From a virus (taxonomy: Duplodnaviria; Caudoviricetes): a stretch of 36,350 nucleotides of DNA. This document shows, piece by piece, positions 35,083 through 36,350 of the stretch. A model generated the notes under the pieces. It was not told the DNA's origin. It did not search any database and was given only the letters and a program-made list of their open reading frames with translations. Where the stretch lies: positions 1 through 36,350 of IMG/VR virus record IMGVR_UViG_3300032155_000031; one strand, given 5' to 3'. Position 1 is the stretch's first letter. Every line of letters starts with the position of its first letter. The position numbers and the translations under genes are program-made.

Positions 35083-35853
35083 ATGCTGATGCCCGCCCTC
35101 GTTCCGGCCCTGGGCCGGGAAATCAACCTGATCATCACCGCCTCGCAAAACAACCTCGATCTGCGCACGTGGATCATGGAGCACTCCCCCTGGGACGGCG
35201 CGGCGCAGGCCACGCTCATCGTGACCATCGCGGCTGGCGTGGTGGTCGGGTCCGCGTCCACCGGCGCGGCCGCCATGACCATCGCCAATTTCCCGGCGGG
35301 CGCGTCCCTCCGCCTGATCAACCTGGGCCGCATCCAGGGCGCGGGTGGCGCGGGCGGGGGCTCCGCGTCCACCGGCGGCGCGGGGGGACCCGCTTTGACC
35401 GTGTCCAGCCCCGTCACCATCGACAACGCGGCCGGGCAGATATGGGGCGGCGGCGGAGGCGGCGGCGGTGGGCGTCAGTACCAAATGAACTTGCCGACGA
35501 GCGTGTATATCGCCGGAGGCACTGGCGGCGGCGGCGCGGGCACGCAGCCTGGCTCGCCGAACGGGTCGACCACAAGCGGCGGCGCTGGCGGCGCTGGAAC
35601 GACCGGACAGGTGTACGTGGATGACGGCTCGTCCGGGGGGTATTACGACCAGTATGCGGGCGGTACGGGCGGCGCGGGCGGTGGCCCCGGGCAGGCGGGC
35701 GGATCGGGCACGACTGGCGACCCCCCGGAGGGCAACAACGTTACGGCCACGCAAACCGGTCCCGGAGGCGGCGGCGCGGCGGGGTACTTCATCACAGGCA
35801 ACACACACATCACGTGGCTGGCCACCGGCGACCGCCGCGGCCAGGCAGCATAG
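35083..35853 (+). CDS. Glycine-rich receptor-recognition protein, T-even gp38 adhesin-like
   Basis: LINLGRIQGAGGAGG, IDN..GQIWGGGGGGGGG, repeated GGAGG, GGGGAAG...ITWLATGDRRG end. Confidence 0.7.
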   Translation: MLMPALVPALGREINLIITASQNNLDLRTWIMEHSPWDGAAQATLIVTIAAGVVVGSASTGAAAMTIANFPAGASLRLINLGRIQGAGGAGGGSASTGGAGGPALTVSSPVTIDNAAGQIWGGGGGGGGGRQYQMNLPTSVYIAGGTGGGGAGTQPGSPNGSTTSGGAGGAGTTGQVYVDDGSSGGYYDQYAGGTGGAGGGPGQAGGSGTTGDPPEGNNVTATQTGPGGGGAAGYFITGNTHITWLATGDRRGQAA

Positions 35854-35861
35854 GAGGCGAC

Positions 35862-36350
35862 ATGCAACACTGGTACAATCGAGAGTCCGGCGAGGTCCTG
35901 TCGTGGCCGCGCATGGCTGGCATCCTCGTGGGGGATTTGCTCTACCCGGCAGACATCCTGGTCGCGTGGACCCAGGAGGCGCTGGCGGCCATCGGTCTCG
36001 TCCCCTACCGTGAGGAGGGGCCGCCCGAAGGGCAACAGGCCACGGCCTGGGAGCTGGCGGACGACGGCACGGAGGCGGTGCGCCGGGCCATCGCCTGGGA
36101 GCCGATCCCGGAGCCACAGCCCGCACCCTCGCCCGTGCTCTCGGCCAACGAGTTCGTGCGACGCTTCACGGCCGAGGAGCAGGCCGCCATCTGGGCCAGC
36201 GCAAATCCCCAGGTCGTGATGCTGCGCAACCTCGTGCTCTCGGCCCGCGAGGGAATCCGCCTGGACGATTCAGAGACGCTCGGCGGCATGGCGCTGCTGG
36301 TGGCCGAGGAGCTGCTCACGCAGGCGCGGGCGGACGAGATTCTGGCTTAG
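35862..36350 (+). CDS. Putative tail-fibre-associated/chaperone protein
   Basis: AGGAGG RBS; EALAAIG motif; C-terminal FVRRFTAEE...LLTQARADEILA. Confidence 0.6.
   Translation: MQHWYNRESGEVLSWPRMAGILVGDLLYPADILVAWTQEALAAIGLVPYREEGPPEGQQATAWELADDGTEAVRRAIAWEPIPEPQPAPSPVLSANEFVRRFTAEEQAAIWASANPQVVMLRNLVLSAREGIRLDDSETLGGMALLVAEELLTQARADEILA

Noticed and set aside
35330-35790. GGC-rich repeats as a CRISPR array, VNTR or DGR variable region
   Set aside because: Explained by glycine codons; no spacers, template repeat or reverse transcriptase in the window.
34505-36350. Mu-type invertible G segment, gin or mom
   Set aside because: No invertase or inverted gix-like sites are visible; they may lie beyond the window.

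Overview
The window is from a GC-rich bacterium; gene content and style suggest a Desulfovibrio-like deltaproteobacterium (inference). The first ~1.2 kb is host DNA: a partial minus-strand gene and a PaaI-type thioesterase. From ~1215 to the end of the window is a Mu-like transposable prophage inserted in the last codons of the thioesterase gene. In order it carries a left end with three transposase-binding repeats, a CI-type repressor, MuA/MuB, gam, HU, a DnaB helicase, a secreted SNase nuclease, GemA, Mor, a lysis cassette, terminase, portal, a MuF-nuclease fusion, a fused protease/scaffold/capsid, a contractile tail, a baseplate and a gp38-like adhesin. The right end lies outside the window. 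Four observations stand out. (1) Two intact type II hammerhead ribozymes bracket a single gene, predicting a self-excised 611-nt RNA. (2) The tail-sheath gene has two internal blocks in swapped order while staying in frame. (3) A promoter-driven, highly structured, CCA-ending RNA converges on the MuF-nuclease gene where an immunity gene would be expected. (4) A second gene cassette, bounded by identical 42-bp hairpin repeats, sits between MuA and MuB. All family assignments come from motif recognition by eye, not from database searches.
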